Positions 1 to 8,486 of a stretch of 64,000 nt of DNA are shown one piece after another. Position 1 is the stretch's first letter. Every line of letters starts with the position of its first letter. The position numbers and the translations under genes are program-made. The notes under the pieces are model-generated. The model searched no databases. It was given only the letters and a program-made list of their open reading frames with translations, and was not told the origin of the DNA. The stretch comes from a virus: positions 18,576 through 82,575 of the IMG/VR virus record IMGVR_UViG_3300028883_000005; one strand, written 5' to 3'.

Positions 1-715
1 TGATGGCCTTCCTTTAGATGAACTAGATATGCCTCCAGCATATAGCGAAAAGTACAATCACACCCCCTGCTCTGCATGTAGAGATAAAAAAGATGGAAAT
101 TTCATACCTGGTATTTGGTATGTCAAAAGGACTTCTCCTAAAATAGATTATTCTAATCTGACTTCTACTTTGAAATCGTTTGAAGAAAGTTTTGGAGATA
201 ATATACGGATAATTAGTTATCCTATGAATACTGCTAATATAAGCGATGTAAAAAGAGATTTGGATCTTCTAGAGTATACAGAAGGGTTCGTTCCTGATGG
301 CATTGTTTTGGACTATGCAGATATTTTAGGACCTGAAGATTCTAGATTGGTAGGAAGAGATAGCATCAACCAAACTTGGAAGATGCTGAAAAACCTAGCT
401 CAAGAGAGAAACTCTTTAGTAATCACGGCAACACAAAGCAATAGAGGTAGCATGGATAGAAGGAGGGTTAAGCCTACGGATACTAGTGAGGACATTCGAA
501 AGCTAGCCCATGTGAACTTAATGGTATCTCTTAATCAAACTCCTAGGGAAAAGAGAAGAGGATTAATGAGACTAGGAGTATCCGTAGCTCGTGGTGTGGA
601 ATTTGACGAGCTACAAGAGGTGCTTGTAGTTCAGGAACTTTCAATTGGTCAGCCCTTTTTAGATTCTGAAGTGCCTGGCTTTTTAGAAGATGAAGGAGAA
701 AATCATGAAGATTAG
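1..715 (+). CDS. DnaB-like replicative helicase, C-terminal part (5'-truncated by window)
   Basis: Frame open from window start; SF4 helicase motifs GIVLDYADIL, VITATQSNR, DTSEDIRKLAHVN; CxxC (CSAC) near the truncated start. Confidence 0.85.
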   Translation, partial: DGLPLDELDMPPAYSEKYNHTPCSACRDKKDGNFIPGIWYVKRTSPKIDYSNLTSTLKSFEESFGDNIRIISYPMNTANISDVKRDLDLLEYTEGFVPDGIVLDYADILGPEDSRLVGRDSINQTWKMLKNLAQERNSLVITATQSNRGSMDRRRVKPTDTSEDIRKLAHVNLMVSLNQTPREKRRGLMRLGVSVARGVEFDELQEVLVVQELSIGQPFLDSEVPGFLEDEGENHED

Positions 716-1073
716 TGTATGCAAAATATTTGAGTTTCACGCCGCACATCACCTCCCTCATTACTCTGGCAAATGTAGAGAGGTTCATGGTCATTCCTAC
801 ACACTTGAGATTGAGATAAGTGGAGAGGTGGGCGCTTGGACTGGAATGATATGCGACTTCTCTGAGCTTAAAAAGAAAGTTGAGGGTGCTATTATTTTCC
901 ATTTAGATCACAAAGATCTGAATATACTGATGGAAAACCCCACCGCCGAAAAAACTGTGGAGCTTATTGTGAGTAGGAAAAATCAGTATGTTCCAGACGG
1001 TGCAGAGCTAGAAAGGGTTCGTCTTTACGAGACCCGCACAAGTTTTGCAGAGTGGAGGAGGGAACAACAATGA
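705..1073 (+). CDS. queD: 6-carboxy-5,6,7,8-tetrahydropterin synthase QueD
   Basis: FHAAHHL...CREVHGHSY (CxxxHGH), LDHKDLN, NPTAE, LYET motifs; start moved to ATG 705 after AGGAG. Confidence 0.93.
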   Translation: MKISVCKIFEFHAAHHLPHYSGKCREVHGHSYTLEIEISGEVGAWTGMICDFSELKKKVEGAIIFHLDHKDLNILMENPTAEKTVELIVSRKNQYVPDGAELERVRLYETRTSFAEWRREQQ

Positions 1074-1753
1074 ACAGAGGTAAAACAGACTTTTGCTCAG
1101 CTCCTTTATGGGAGGTTTTCACTTCTATAGACGGTGAAGTGAACAATATAGGTCAAGGGGTTTTGAGTAAATTCATAAGAGTAGCAGGATGCAATCTCCA
1201 CTGCTCTTGGTGTGACACTAAAATAACGCAAACGGTTCCTAAAGAAGCTTCTTGGGAAAACTCTGCAAGTATGATGAGATCTGGTATTATAGGCAGAGAC
1301 CACGTTCAGAAATACACCATCACAGGGGGCGAGCCGCTTCTTTACCCAGAGTGGGTTAGAGAAGTGGTGAACACTCTAGTAGCTCTGGGTAAGAGCGTGT
1401 CTGTAGAAACAAACGGTTCTAGAGTTCTAGTACCAGGATTAGACTGCTGCTGGGTGATAGACGATAAGCCGCCTTCTTCAGGTCATCTGGGTAGTTTTGT
1501 ATACAGCAATTTGTGTACGATGAGAGAAGGAAGAGACTGGATTAAAATTGTAATAGCAACACAAGAAGATTTAGAATGGGCTATCGAGGAGACTAAATAT
1601 ATAAGTAGCAGGATTGGTAAGGCAAACATCGCTTGGAGCTTATCTGAAACTTGTGAGGTTGAAGCTAAACATATCATTAGCGTTTTACTGGAAGAAAGCC
1701 TGCATTATGTTAGAATTAATGCCCAGCTTCATAAGTACTTAGGATTATTGTAA
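1070..1753 (+). CDS. queE: 7-carboxy-7-deazaguanine synthase QueE (radical SAM)
   Basis: EVFTSIDGE, FIRVAGCNLHCSWCDT, ITGGEP, VETNG, QLHK motifs; directly follows queD. Confidence 0.92.
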   Translation: MNRGKTDFCSAPLWEVFTSIDGEVNNIGQGVLSKFIRVAGCNLHCSWCDTKITQTVPKEASWENSASMMRSGIIGRDHVQKYTITGGEPLLYPEWVREVVNTLVALGKSVSVETNGSRVLVPGLDCCWVIDDKPPSSGHLGSFVYSNLCTMREGRDWIKIVIATQEDLEWAIEETKYISSRIGKANIAWSLSETCEVEAKHIISVLLEESLHYVRINAQLHKYLGLL

Positions 1754-1770
1754 ATAAAAATCTAAAGATT

Positions 1771-1803
1771 TATCTTGCAAACCGCCTAATTGCTTGTTAC
1801 ATT
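1771..1803 (+). promoter_or_regulatory. Promoter P1, TATC-TTGCAA-N17-TACATT with extended -10 TG
   Basis: Intergenic; same layout and spacing as three other sites (7429, 16298, 21665). Confidence 0.7.
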
Positions 1804-1816
1804 GTAAGTAACTTTT

Positions 1817-1880
1817 AGGAGGGCAATCTCTTCAGAGAAGAGTCGAGGCAGCAGAAATACAATCCTCATCGCCCTATCCT
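1817..1880 (+). ncRNA. Putative structured 5' leader (three-way junction)
   Basis: AGGA-GGGC pairs with GCCC-ua-UCCU, enclosing CUCUUC/GAAGAG and GAGG/CCUC stems; lies between P1 and the RBS; folded by eye. Confidence 0.4.
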
Positions 1881-1908
1881 TACTAACTTCATTACAAGGA
1901 GGAATATT

Positions 1909-2523
1909 ATGTTGAGCCCAGAATTCTGCAATGCAACATCCGTTCGGAAAGAGATTGGCGCGCTGAACAAGTGCGGCGTGCTGGCCGAAAAAGTGAAAGC
2001 TGTCGGAGTGGCCAAGAAGGAGTTGGTGGAGTCTTTCCTGAAGGCCGTGGAATCGGTTCCCGAGGGCACCGAGGAAGCCAAGAAGATCCCTGCTTCCGTC
2101 ATCAAGCTCTACAATGAAATCGTTGAAGGTGTTGATCCTTCGCCGGAAGAGCAGGAAAAGCTCAAGGCCGCCAAGACCAAGAAGAAGGACGCCAAGCCCC
2201 GCGGCCCCAGCAATGAAGCCAAAGCTCTGGAAATTTTCACCGAATCTTTCAAGGCCGGCCTGGACGACGCAGCAATCAAGGCCAAGATGACCGAGTACTT
2301 CAAACCGTACTATGAAGCTCGTGGAAAGGGGGATCAACCGGATTTCATCGAGAAGCGGGTGGGCATCTATACCAACATTGCCAAGAAGCAATACTTTGCC
2401 GCCCATCCCGACGAGGCTCCCAAAAAAGAGGAAAAGCCTCCGAAGAAGGAAACTGCCAAAAAGGATGCCGCCAAAGACGAGAAGGCCGCCACCGGCGAAG
2501 AGGAAGCGCCCACGGAGGGGTAG
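1909..2523 (+). CDS. Lys/Ala/Glu-rich hypothetical protein, probably highly expressed (possible DNA-binding/core protein)
   Basis: Strong RBS AAGGAGG, own promoter, GC3-rich codons like the capsid and SSB genes. Confidence 0.75.
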   Translation: MLSPEFCNATSVRKEIGALNKCGVLAEKVKAVGVAKKELVESFLKAVESVPEGTEEAKKIPASVIKLYNEIVEGVDPSPEEQEKLKAAKTKKKDAKPRGPSNEAKALEIFTESFKAGLDDAAIKAKMTEYFKPYYEARGKGDQPDFIEKRVGIYTNIAKKQYFAAHPDEAPKKEEKPPKKETAKKDAAKDEKAATGEEEAPTEG

Positions 2524-2524
2524 A

Positions 2525-3115
2525 ATGGACCGGAGCCTAACTGAGCAATATCTTCAGAAGGCTTTAACTGAGGGGTTGGGGCTTGATATTAAAGACCCCA
2601 ACCTCTCAGGAACTCCTGGGCGCATCGCTAAGATGTGGACCCAGGAGTTTTTCTCCTCTTTAGAGCATCCTGAAGGTTTCGACAATCTCACTTCCTTTCC
2701 TAATGATAGGGAGTATGATCAAATAATCCTATTAGATAAGATCCATTTCGTTTCCATGTGTTCCCATCACTTTCTGCCCTTCGCTGGTATAGCTTGGTTA
2801 GGTTATATACCTAAAGGGCAACTCGCTGGAGCTTCAAAGCCTTCACGCCTGATTAACTTTTACTCCAAGAAACCGCAGCTTCAAGAACACCTCTCTCATG
2901 AGATTATCGATTGTTTCAATGAAAAGATAGAACCTCAAGGATGCATTGTTGTAATGCGTGGTATCCATGGCTGCATGAGTAATCGAGGGGCCCTCCAGTA
3001 TAATGGAAGTGGTATGACAACCTCCGCAGTTAGCGGTGTTTTCAGAGATGACAGCAAGGCTAGGTCTGAGGTTATGGACCTAATAAAAATATCCTTAATG
3101 ATCCACGAATTGTAA
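2525..3115 (+). CDS. folE: GTP cyclohydrolase I FolE
   Basis: GTPGRIAKMW, SMCSHHFLPF, SK...R, QLQE, HGCMSNRG, TTS...GVF motifs; start moved to ATG 2525. Confidence 0.93.
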   Translation: MDRSLTEQYLQKALTEGLGLDIKDPNLSGTPGRIAKMWTQEFFSSLEHPEGFDNLTSFPNDREYDQIILLDKIHFVSMCSHHFLPFAGIAWLGYIPKGQLAGASKPSRLINFYSKKPQLQEHLSHEIIDCFNEKIEPQGCIVVMRGIHGCMSNRGALQYNGSGMTTSAVSGVFRDDSKARSEVMDLIKISLMIHEL

Positions 3116-3138
3116 TCCTTCCATCAGGGGGTCGAAGC

Positions 3139-3489
3139 ATGGATAATAAAATCTACGCTCGAATCATCATTAATTTTCAATTTGAAGCTTTACACTCTTG
3201 GCCGGGGTGTTCTCTTTTGGACGTAAGTTTCCTTAAGAACGCCCATCGCCATGTTTTTCATGTAGAGATGAAAAAATTGGTGATGCATGACGATCGAGAT
3301 ATAGAATTTATACACTTCAAAAGAGAGGTTTTGAGGTGGGTGAGAGAGAACTGGGAAGAAAAAGATCTAGAATCTAAATCCTGCGAAATGATCGCTACCC
3401 ATCTTCTTCTCTTATTTGAATGTGACTATGTAAAAGTAATGGAGGACGGAGAAAATGGAGCAGAAGTCTTCAAGGATCATAATAATTGA
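3139..3489 (+). CDS. Second QueD-like T-fold protein (DpdL-like, putative CDG decarboxylase)
   Basis: FEALHSW, LKNAHRHVF (LxxxHRHxF instead of CxxxHGH), HDDRDIEF, SCE, EDGENGA. Confidence 0.7.
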   Translation: MDNKIYARIIINFQFEALHSWPGCSLLDVSFLKNAHRHVFHVEMKKLVMHDDRDIEFIHFKREVLRWVRENWEEKDLESKSCEMIATHLLLLFECDYVKVMEDGENGAEVFKDHNN

Positions 3490-4825
3490 TCCCACTTCAA
3501 CAGAGTTTAATCGAGGATCATTTTGTTATTTGCCTTACATCGTTTTTAGTTATTACAAGGATTATTGTGATGCAGAGCTTTGGGAGGACTTCACCGCCGC
3601 ACAAATTGACAACATCCCTCCTGAAGATGAAGTCTTGGTTGCTCTTTGGAGTTACCCTCAAGTAGACCTCTGCAAGACAATATATCGCTTCTCTGCCTCT
3701 AGGAAAATAAAGTTCTTCGGGTATACACCTCTGGTTAAGTGGGCGGGGCTGCCCTTAAAAGTTTTTACTCCCGCTCGTATTAAACAAGGAATCGTAAGTT
3801 ATGCTAATTATGTATCCCTGGGGGCTTTCTATCATATCCTTTTGTCAGATTGTGATATGCATCTTAATAAATATGATGGCATTGTGTACCCTTTGTTCTC
3901 TTCCTACGGGTGCCCTAGGAAATGCACCTTCTGCCCCTCTTGTGTAGCGAGCGAGCATAGAAGACTTTGCATTCATCTAGATGATGTAGAAATTATGCTC
4001 AGTACGATGTACAACAGAGGTATTAGGAATATCCATTTCACCGACGAAGACTTTTTTATGATTCACAAAAGAACTCATGAAGTCTTGAAAATTGCCAAAA
4101 GAATAGGTGATTTCAATTTTATAGCCCTGGCACATCTAGACACATTAAAAAAGTTTGTGGAGGAGTATGGACCAGAGTGTCTGAAAGAATTTGGAGTTAG
4201 ATTAGTAGAGTTAGGGTTTGAAACAGCCGATCCTGCTCTAGCTAAGTCCATGAAAAAAGGAAAGTCTCTCCAAGAGTACATCGATGTATACACCGCTGTA
4301 AAAGACTACACGGACATTTTCTGGTTGTGTCTAACTTTCTTTCCTGGGGAGACAATTACAACATTGAATGAAACAGGCAAGTTTCTTAGAGAATACGGAA
4401 GTAAGCCTGAAGATTTATACGATAGAATCAAAACAAACAGTACTGAAGGAGGACTAGGGCAGTTTTTTCAGCCTTACCCTGGGACTCCTGGATTTGAAGA
4501 CCTTCCTAGTTTAGGTCATCAAATCGAAGATAGACCTGTTCGCCTCATGCCTAGTTTCCTTCCTGATTCTTTTCTAAACGATGAAATAGAATGGGCATAT
4601 AAAGACGGATTTCGCAGCACAATACCTGATAAAGTGTGGGAATGGACGGAGGTTTATAATCTACCTACAGGAAAAATAATTAAATTTTTAGCATGGGTGC
4701 CCCAAAATGTTCGCCAAGCTATTTTAGATGCGAAGAACAATTGTCATCTTTCCGCAGGCGAGGCAGCAACTTTCATCGCAATCCTAGCGAGACTAGGAAT
4801 TATCAAAAGTGGGAGGAGATCATGA
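3455..4825 (+). CDS. Radical SAM protein, B12-dependent methyltransferase-like architecture
   Basis: SYGCPRKCTFC, IHFTDEDF, ELGFET, FFPGET, PYPGT motifs with ~140-aa N-terminal domain. Confidence 0.8.
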   Translation: MEQKSSRIIIIDPTSTEFNRGSFCYLPYIVFSYYKDYCDAELWEDFTAAQIDNIPPEDEVLVALWSYPQVDLCKTIYRFSASRKIKFFGYTPLVKWAGLPLKVFTPARIKQGIVSYANYVSLGAFYHILLSDCDMHLNKYDGIVYPLFSSYGCPRKCTFCPSCVASEHRRLCIHLDDVEIMLSTMYNRGIRNIHFTDEDFFMIHKRTHEVLKIAKRIGDFNFIALAHLDTLKKFVEEYGPECLKEFGVRLVELGFETADPALAKSMKKGKSLQEYIDVYTAVKDYTDIFWLCLTFFPGETITTLNETGKFLREYGSKPEDLYDRIKTNSTEGGLGQFFQPYPGTPGFEDLPSLGHQIEDRPVRLMPSFLPDSFLNDEIEWAYKDGFRSTIPDKVWEWTEVYNLPTGKIIKFLAWVPQNVRQAILDAKNNCHLSAGEAATFIAILARLGIIKSGRRS

Positions 4826-5850
4826 AAATTATACTTGTTCCTATAGAGCCTTTTGAAGAGAGATATTCTATCCAGTGGTCTCGTTGGTTCAAAGAGAGCA
4901 TTTCAAATCTAGATATACCATACATAGAAATCTGCCCTGAGCCTCTTAAATCGTATAGAGAGACAGGTGCCTTTTTGGATGTTGTAGGAACCAACTACTT
5001 CAAGGCTACCCAACTTCAGATGATTTGTGATCTGATAGATCGTGGTGAGATTGAGAGTGGAGATGTTTTCTTGTTTCACGATCTTTGGTTCCCTGGTATC
5101 GAAATGCTCGCTTATATTAGAGACGGCATGGGTATGGATTTCAAAATCACAGGCTGTCTTCATGCAGGAACCTGGGATCCTTGGGATTTTCTAAGCCGAA
5201 GAAACATGGGGAGGTGGGGCACTTTACTTGAAGAGTCGTGGTTTAAGTTTATAGATGCTGTTTTTGTAGCCACAGAATTTCACAAAGAGATGATTCAGTC
5301 ATACTTTGATAGCCCGATACCAAGAATCTACACTACTGGGTTTCCTATTAAAAATGAAGAAGAGCTACCAAATACTGGTAAAAATCAAGTAGTGTTCCCT
5401 CACCGTCTAGATAAAGAAAAAAATCCTGATAGATTTGACAAATTAGAAAAAGCTTTCACTTCAGAATACCCTCTACCTAAGGTGACCTTCCTTAAAACCA
5501 AAGAAGCATGTACTACAAAGAAAGAATATTATGAGGTGCTGGCTAACTCTGTAGTTTCTGTTTCTTTTGCGAGTCAAGAAACTTGGGGAATCGCAATGAT
5601 AGAGAGTGTGCTATCTGGTTGTATACCATTTGTTCCTAATGAGCTAAGTTATGGAGAATTGTACCCTAAAGAGTTCAGATACGACTATGATTTTTCAGAT
5701 GATCACTCTTATTTCCTTCTAGCAAAGAGGATCCATGAGGCTCTTAGGAACACCGAGTACCAAAACATGGTTGAGGATCTGGGTAAAAAATTTATCCTCA
5801 AAGGGTCTTTAGCTATACCTAGAATGATAGAAATTATTATGGATTTGTAA
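4822..5850 (+). CDS. GT-B (GT4-like) glycosyltransferase in DNA-modification cluster
   Basis: FPHRLDKEKNP, QETWGIAMIE...GCIP...LSYGEL; ATGA overlap with radical SAM gene. Confidence 0.82.
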   Translation: MKIILVPIEPFEERYSIQWSRWFKESISNLDIPYIEICPEPLKSYRETGAFLDVVGTNYFKATQLQMICDLIDRGEIESGDVFLFHDLWFPGIEMLAYIRDGMGMDFKITGCLHAGTWDPWDFLSRRNMGRWGTLLEESWFKFIDAVFVATEFHKEMIQSYFDSPIPRIYTTGFPIKNEEELPNTGKNQVVFPHRLDKEKNPDRFDKLEKAFTSEYPLPKVTFLKTKEACTTKKEYYEVLANSVVSVSFASQETWGIAMIESVLSGCIPFVPNELSYGELYPKEFRYDYDFSDDHSYFLLAKRIHEALRNTEYQNMVEDLGKKFILKGSLAIPRMIEIIMDL

Positions 5851-5895
5851 AATTTAGCCGCATGTGCCATTACCCCGGCATGAAAGGAGTGGGTT

Positions 5896-6156
5896 GTGCA
5901 ATTCATAGAAGACACACAAGGATTAGACCAGGTCATAGAATACTGGCACGGATGGTATTGGTGTAGGTTTGCATTGGGCCAAGCGCTGCTATCAAAAGTT
6001 GACCAAATTTGCAAGGAATACCCGGAAGCTGAAACGATTGGCGATTTGCCAGGTGCCATCGGTCTTGAATGCTGTGAAATGCTTGATATAGCGTTTCGGC
6101 AACAAGAGATTCTTACGCATGAAAATATTCCAAACCCCGGCACGACCATCAGTTAA
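5896..6156 (+). CDS. Hypothetical protein
   Basis: GTG start after AAGGAG; part of small-ORF island. Confidence 0.55.
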   Translation: MQFIEDTQGLDQVIEYWHGWYWCRFALGQALLSKVDQICKEYPEAETIGDLPGAIGLECCEMLDIAFRQQEILTHENIPNPGTTIS

Positions 6157-6185
6157 CCCTACTATGCATTAATAAAGGAGAAACC

Positions 6186-6392
6186 ATGGATACCGGAAAA
6201 GGATATTTTGAACAATTTGAATCAATGGAAGCACTGCATGAGGCGAAAACCAGGTTGGAACAGTTAGGAGGCACAGTGCGCGGTGTTTTTACAGTTGGAG
6301 AGGAAATTGAGATAAAGGGTTCACACTTCAAGGTGCAGCAGATATGGCCGCGCAAGCTGGTTTTAAAACTGCTTGCGGCAGATCCGCTATAA
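6186..6392 (+). CDS. Hypothetical protein
   Basis: RBS AAGGAG; 68 aa. Confidence 0.7.
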   Translation: MDTGKGYFEQFESMEALHEAKTRLEQLGGTVRGVFTVGEEIEIKGSHFKVQQIWPRKLVLKLLAADPL

Positions 6393-6517
6393 CCGACTCC
6401 CCAGCCATCGGACCTAAACCGAAACAGGGTCACGTTATTGTTTTCGCTAACTATTGGTTTCCTGTTCCTGCGACCTGTTTTTCCGGTGAGGTAAAATTTA
6501 CTTGATAGGGGAATATA

Positions 6518-6733
6518 ATGAGAAAAATTAAAAAATGGAAATTAGCATCTGTTTTATATTTACCGTGGATGTGGCTTTTATTTTTTATCTATCATAGTAT
6601 ATGTGAACCATATAGAATTTTATACTCATGGGAAAGACCTTGGTGGACAGGAACACCATTAATTTTAACTATAGGAATTTTATTGTTTGTTCCTGTAGCG
6701 TCAATATTTTCACTCTATGTTAACGATGATTAA
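6518..6733 (+). CDS. Small membrane protein (2 predicted TM segments)
   Basis: Two hydrophobic stretches; AT-rich. Confidence 0.6.
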   Translation: MRKIKKWKLASVLYLPWMWLLFFIYHSICEPYRILYSWERPWWTGTPLILTIGILLFVPVASIFSLYVNDD

Positions 6734-6743
6734 CCGCTTGGAA

Positions 6744-7094
6744 AGGAGGACCGACCGTGTTTCACATTCATATTTTAGGAGCCATTGAGAATAAGTGGTT
6801 ATCTGCGTACAAGGGAAGTGAATACACCAAGCAAGTTTTGGGGGAGTGGTTTGGGTTGCTCAGTCGAGACACTAAGGTTTATATTTGCTACATCAACCAT
6901 CCCGTATGCCCTGTATGATAAGGAGGACCGACCATGAAATGGAAAGAATTTTACAAGCGGCTTTCAGAGTTTAAAAATGCTGTTCGTAATCACGAGAAAA
7001 ATCCTTCTTTAGAATCCCTGGATAGGTATAAGTGGGCTTATATTGGAATGAAGCAAGCATTTGAAATATTAAGTAGCGAGGAGGACCGACCGTG
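6744..7094 (+). repeat. Three identical 13-nt RBS/start cassettes AGGAGGACCGACC+RTG (6744, 6921, 7079)
   Basis: Exact matches read from the sequence, each immediately before a start codon. Confidence 0.9.
6757..6918 (+). CDS. Hypothetical 53-aa protein (MFHIHILGAIEN...; below ORF-track cutoff)
   Basis: Translated by hand; GTG start right after AGGAGGACCGACC. Confidence 0.65.
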   Translation: MFHIHILGAIENKWLSAYKGSEYTKQVLGEWFGLLSRDTKVYICYINHPVCPV

Positions 7095-7095
7095 A
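6934..7095 (+). CDS. Hypothetical 53-aa protein (MKWKEFYKRLSE...; below ORF-track cutoff)
   Basis: Translated by hand; ATG right after AGGAGGACCGACC; GTGA overlap with next gene. Confidence 0.7.
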   Translation: MKWKEFYKRLSEFKNAVRNHEKNPSLESLDRYKWAYIGMKQAFEILSSEEDRP

Positions 7096-7424
7096 CAGAT
7101 TTAATCGAAAAAATACTTTCTGTTGGAACGATATTCGAAGACGACACACCAGAAAAACCGAGTGTTATCTTTGGACACCCAAGTTCAGAGGAGTGGGTAG
7201 ATATATTTCTTACTGCAAAGATGCTCGCGAACACTCGCGCCGCCGATCCTGTGCGGGTGGAGGATAGGTTGCCGGAAACAACTGATGCTATTTTGGTATA
7301 TTCTCAGAGCAGGAAATCATGGTGTCGCGGAAGGCTGGTTGAGTTAAACGTAAATCGTTTCTTTGTTGAAGGGTATTTGGATGACAGAGTAACCCACTGG
7401 CAACCAATGCCACCAGCTCCATAA
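7092..7424 (+). CDS. DUF551-like phage protein
   Basis: VEDRLPE...VLVY-like segment and C-terminal VTHWQPMPPAP. Confidence 0.75.
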   Translation: MTDLIEKILSVGTIFEDDTPEKPSVIFGHPSSEEWVDIFLTAKMLANTRAADPVRVEDRLPETTDAILVYSQSRKSWCRGRLVELNVNRFFVEGYLDDRVTHWQPMPPAP

Positions 7425-7428
7425 AATT

Positions 7429-7461
7429 TATCGTTACATGCCTTATTTTTATTGCTATATT
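7429..7461 (+). promoter_or_regulatory. Promoter P2, TATC-GTTACA-N17-TATATT with extended -10 TG
   Basis: Same layout as P1, P3, P4; directly upstream of the TGT-like gene. Confidence 0.7.
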
Positions 7462-7493
7462 GTAGTTAAAACAAAGATTTAGAAGGATTAATA

Positions 7494-8471
7494 ATGGAAA
7501 TGACCTTGTTTGTAGATTCAGGTGCTCCCAGTCTTTATAATCAATTTATACGCCGAAACAAAGGCGGTACTTATATGGGAAGCTTTCTTGAAGATAGGAA
7601 AAACGATGACTTCAGCTGGATCCAAAGCAAGGATTTCCAAACCTACCGAAGGAACTATGCTCTTTTTATCAAGAAAAATCTTCAGTTTATTGATTATTAT
7701 GCAAATTTTGATGTGATTAATAATGCAGAAGCAACCTGGTCAAATCAGCAATACTACGAGTCTAAAGGATTGAAACCAATACCTGTTTGGCATTATGGAA
7801 CAGATATGAAGTGGCTGGAAATGTATTTGGAAAAAGGATATGACTATATCGCTATAGGGGGTCTGATACCTAACCCGCCTAGAATCTTGCTTCCTGCATT
7901 AGACTCTATATGGGGCTCTCTTCTCACAGACTCTTCAGGAATGCCTAAAGTAAAAGTTCACGGATTTGCTGTAACTTCTACGAGACTAATTGCCCGCTAC
8001 CCCTGGTTTAGTGTAGATTCCTCTTCTTGGGTAAAATTCGGACAATATGGAGTGATATGTGTCCCTCCTAAAAGAGGGGGAAAGTTTGATTATTCTACCA
8101 CAGCTCATAATATTTTTGTATCCACAAGATCGCCCTCCCAAGAAATTACAGGAAAGCACTATTACACACTGTCAGGCGCAGAGCAAGCAATGATTGATCA
8201 ATACTTGGACCTTAAAGGTCATGTGATGGGTAAATCAGAATTTAAAATGGTAGGTTCAGAATACGAACTTAAAGAAGATGAGGTTTTTGTCAGTGGAAGA
8301 AAGGGAGATGAGGAAAGAAGGGTGGAGATTATATTAGAGAGAGGCGTATGCAACGATTATAAGCTCAGGGACGAGCTTAATGTTCAATATTATATAGATT
8401 TGCAGAACAGTGTTCCGGAATGGCCTTGGGCTTTTCAAATTAATCAGAAGAAAGGATTCTTTGAAATATGA
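7494..8471 (+). CDS. tRNA-guanine-transglycosylase-fold protein (DpdA-like deazaguanine DNA insertion enzyme)
   Basis: LFVDSGA, FDVI, PIPVWH, YIAIGGL, KVHGFA, PWFSVDSSSW motifs; near queD/queE/folE. Confidence 0.75.
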   Translation: MEMTLFVDSGAPSLYNQFIRRNKGGTYMGSFLEDRKNDDFSWIQSKDFQTYRRNYALFIKKNLQFIDYYANFDVINNAEATWSNQQYYESKGLKPIPVWHYGTDMKWLEMYLEKGYDYIAIGGLIPNPPRILLPALDSIWGSLLTDSSGMPKVKVHGFAVTSTRLIARYPWFSVDSSSWVKFGQYGVICVPPKRGGKFDYSTTAHNIFVSTRSPSQEITGKHYYTLSGAEQAMIDQYLDLKGHVMGKSEFKMVGSEYELKEDEVFVSGRKGDEERRVEIILERGVCNDYKLRDELNVQYYIDLQNSVPEWPWAFQINQKKGFFEI

Positions 8472-8486
8472 AAAAGTATATCCTTT

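Noticed and set aside
1810-1908. preQ1 riboswitch in the que cluster
   Set aside because: No match to the preQ1-I stem-loop plus A-rich tail pattern as I recall it; kept only as a generic structured leader
1921-1930. GAATTCTGCA as a fifth copy of the dispersed motif
   Set aside because: Lacks AATGC at +16, the TTT tract and the upstream TCTAAGC
2312-2524. Basic N-terminal extension of FolE in the ORF track
   Set aside because: It is the alternate frame of the 204-aa gene; FolE similarity starts at ATG 2525
6744-7094. Repeated 13-mer as a CRISPR array
   Set aside because: Repeat is too short, spacing is 158-177 nt, intervals are ORFs, and no cas genes are present
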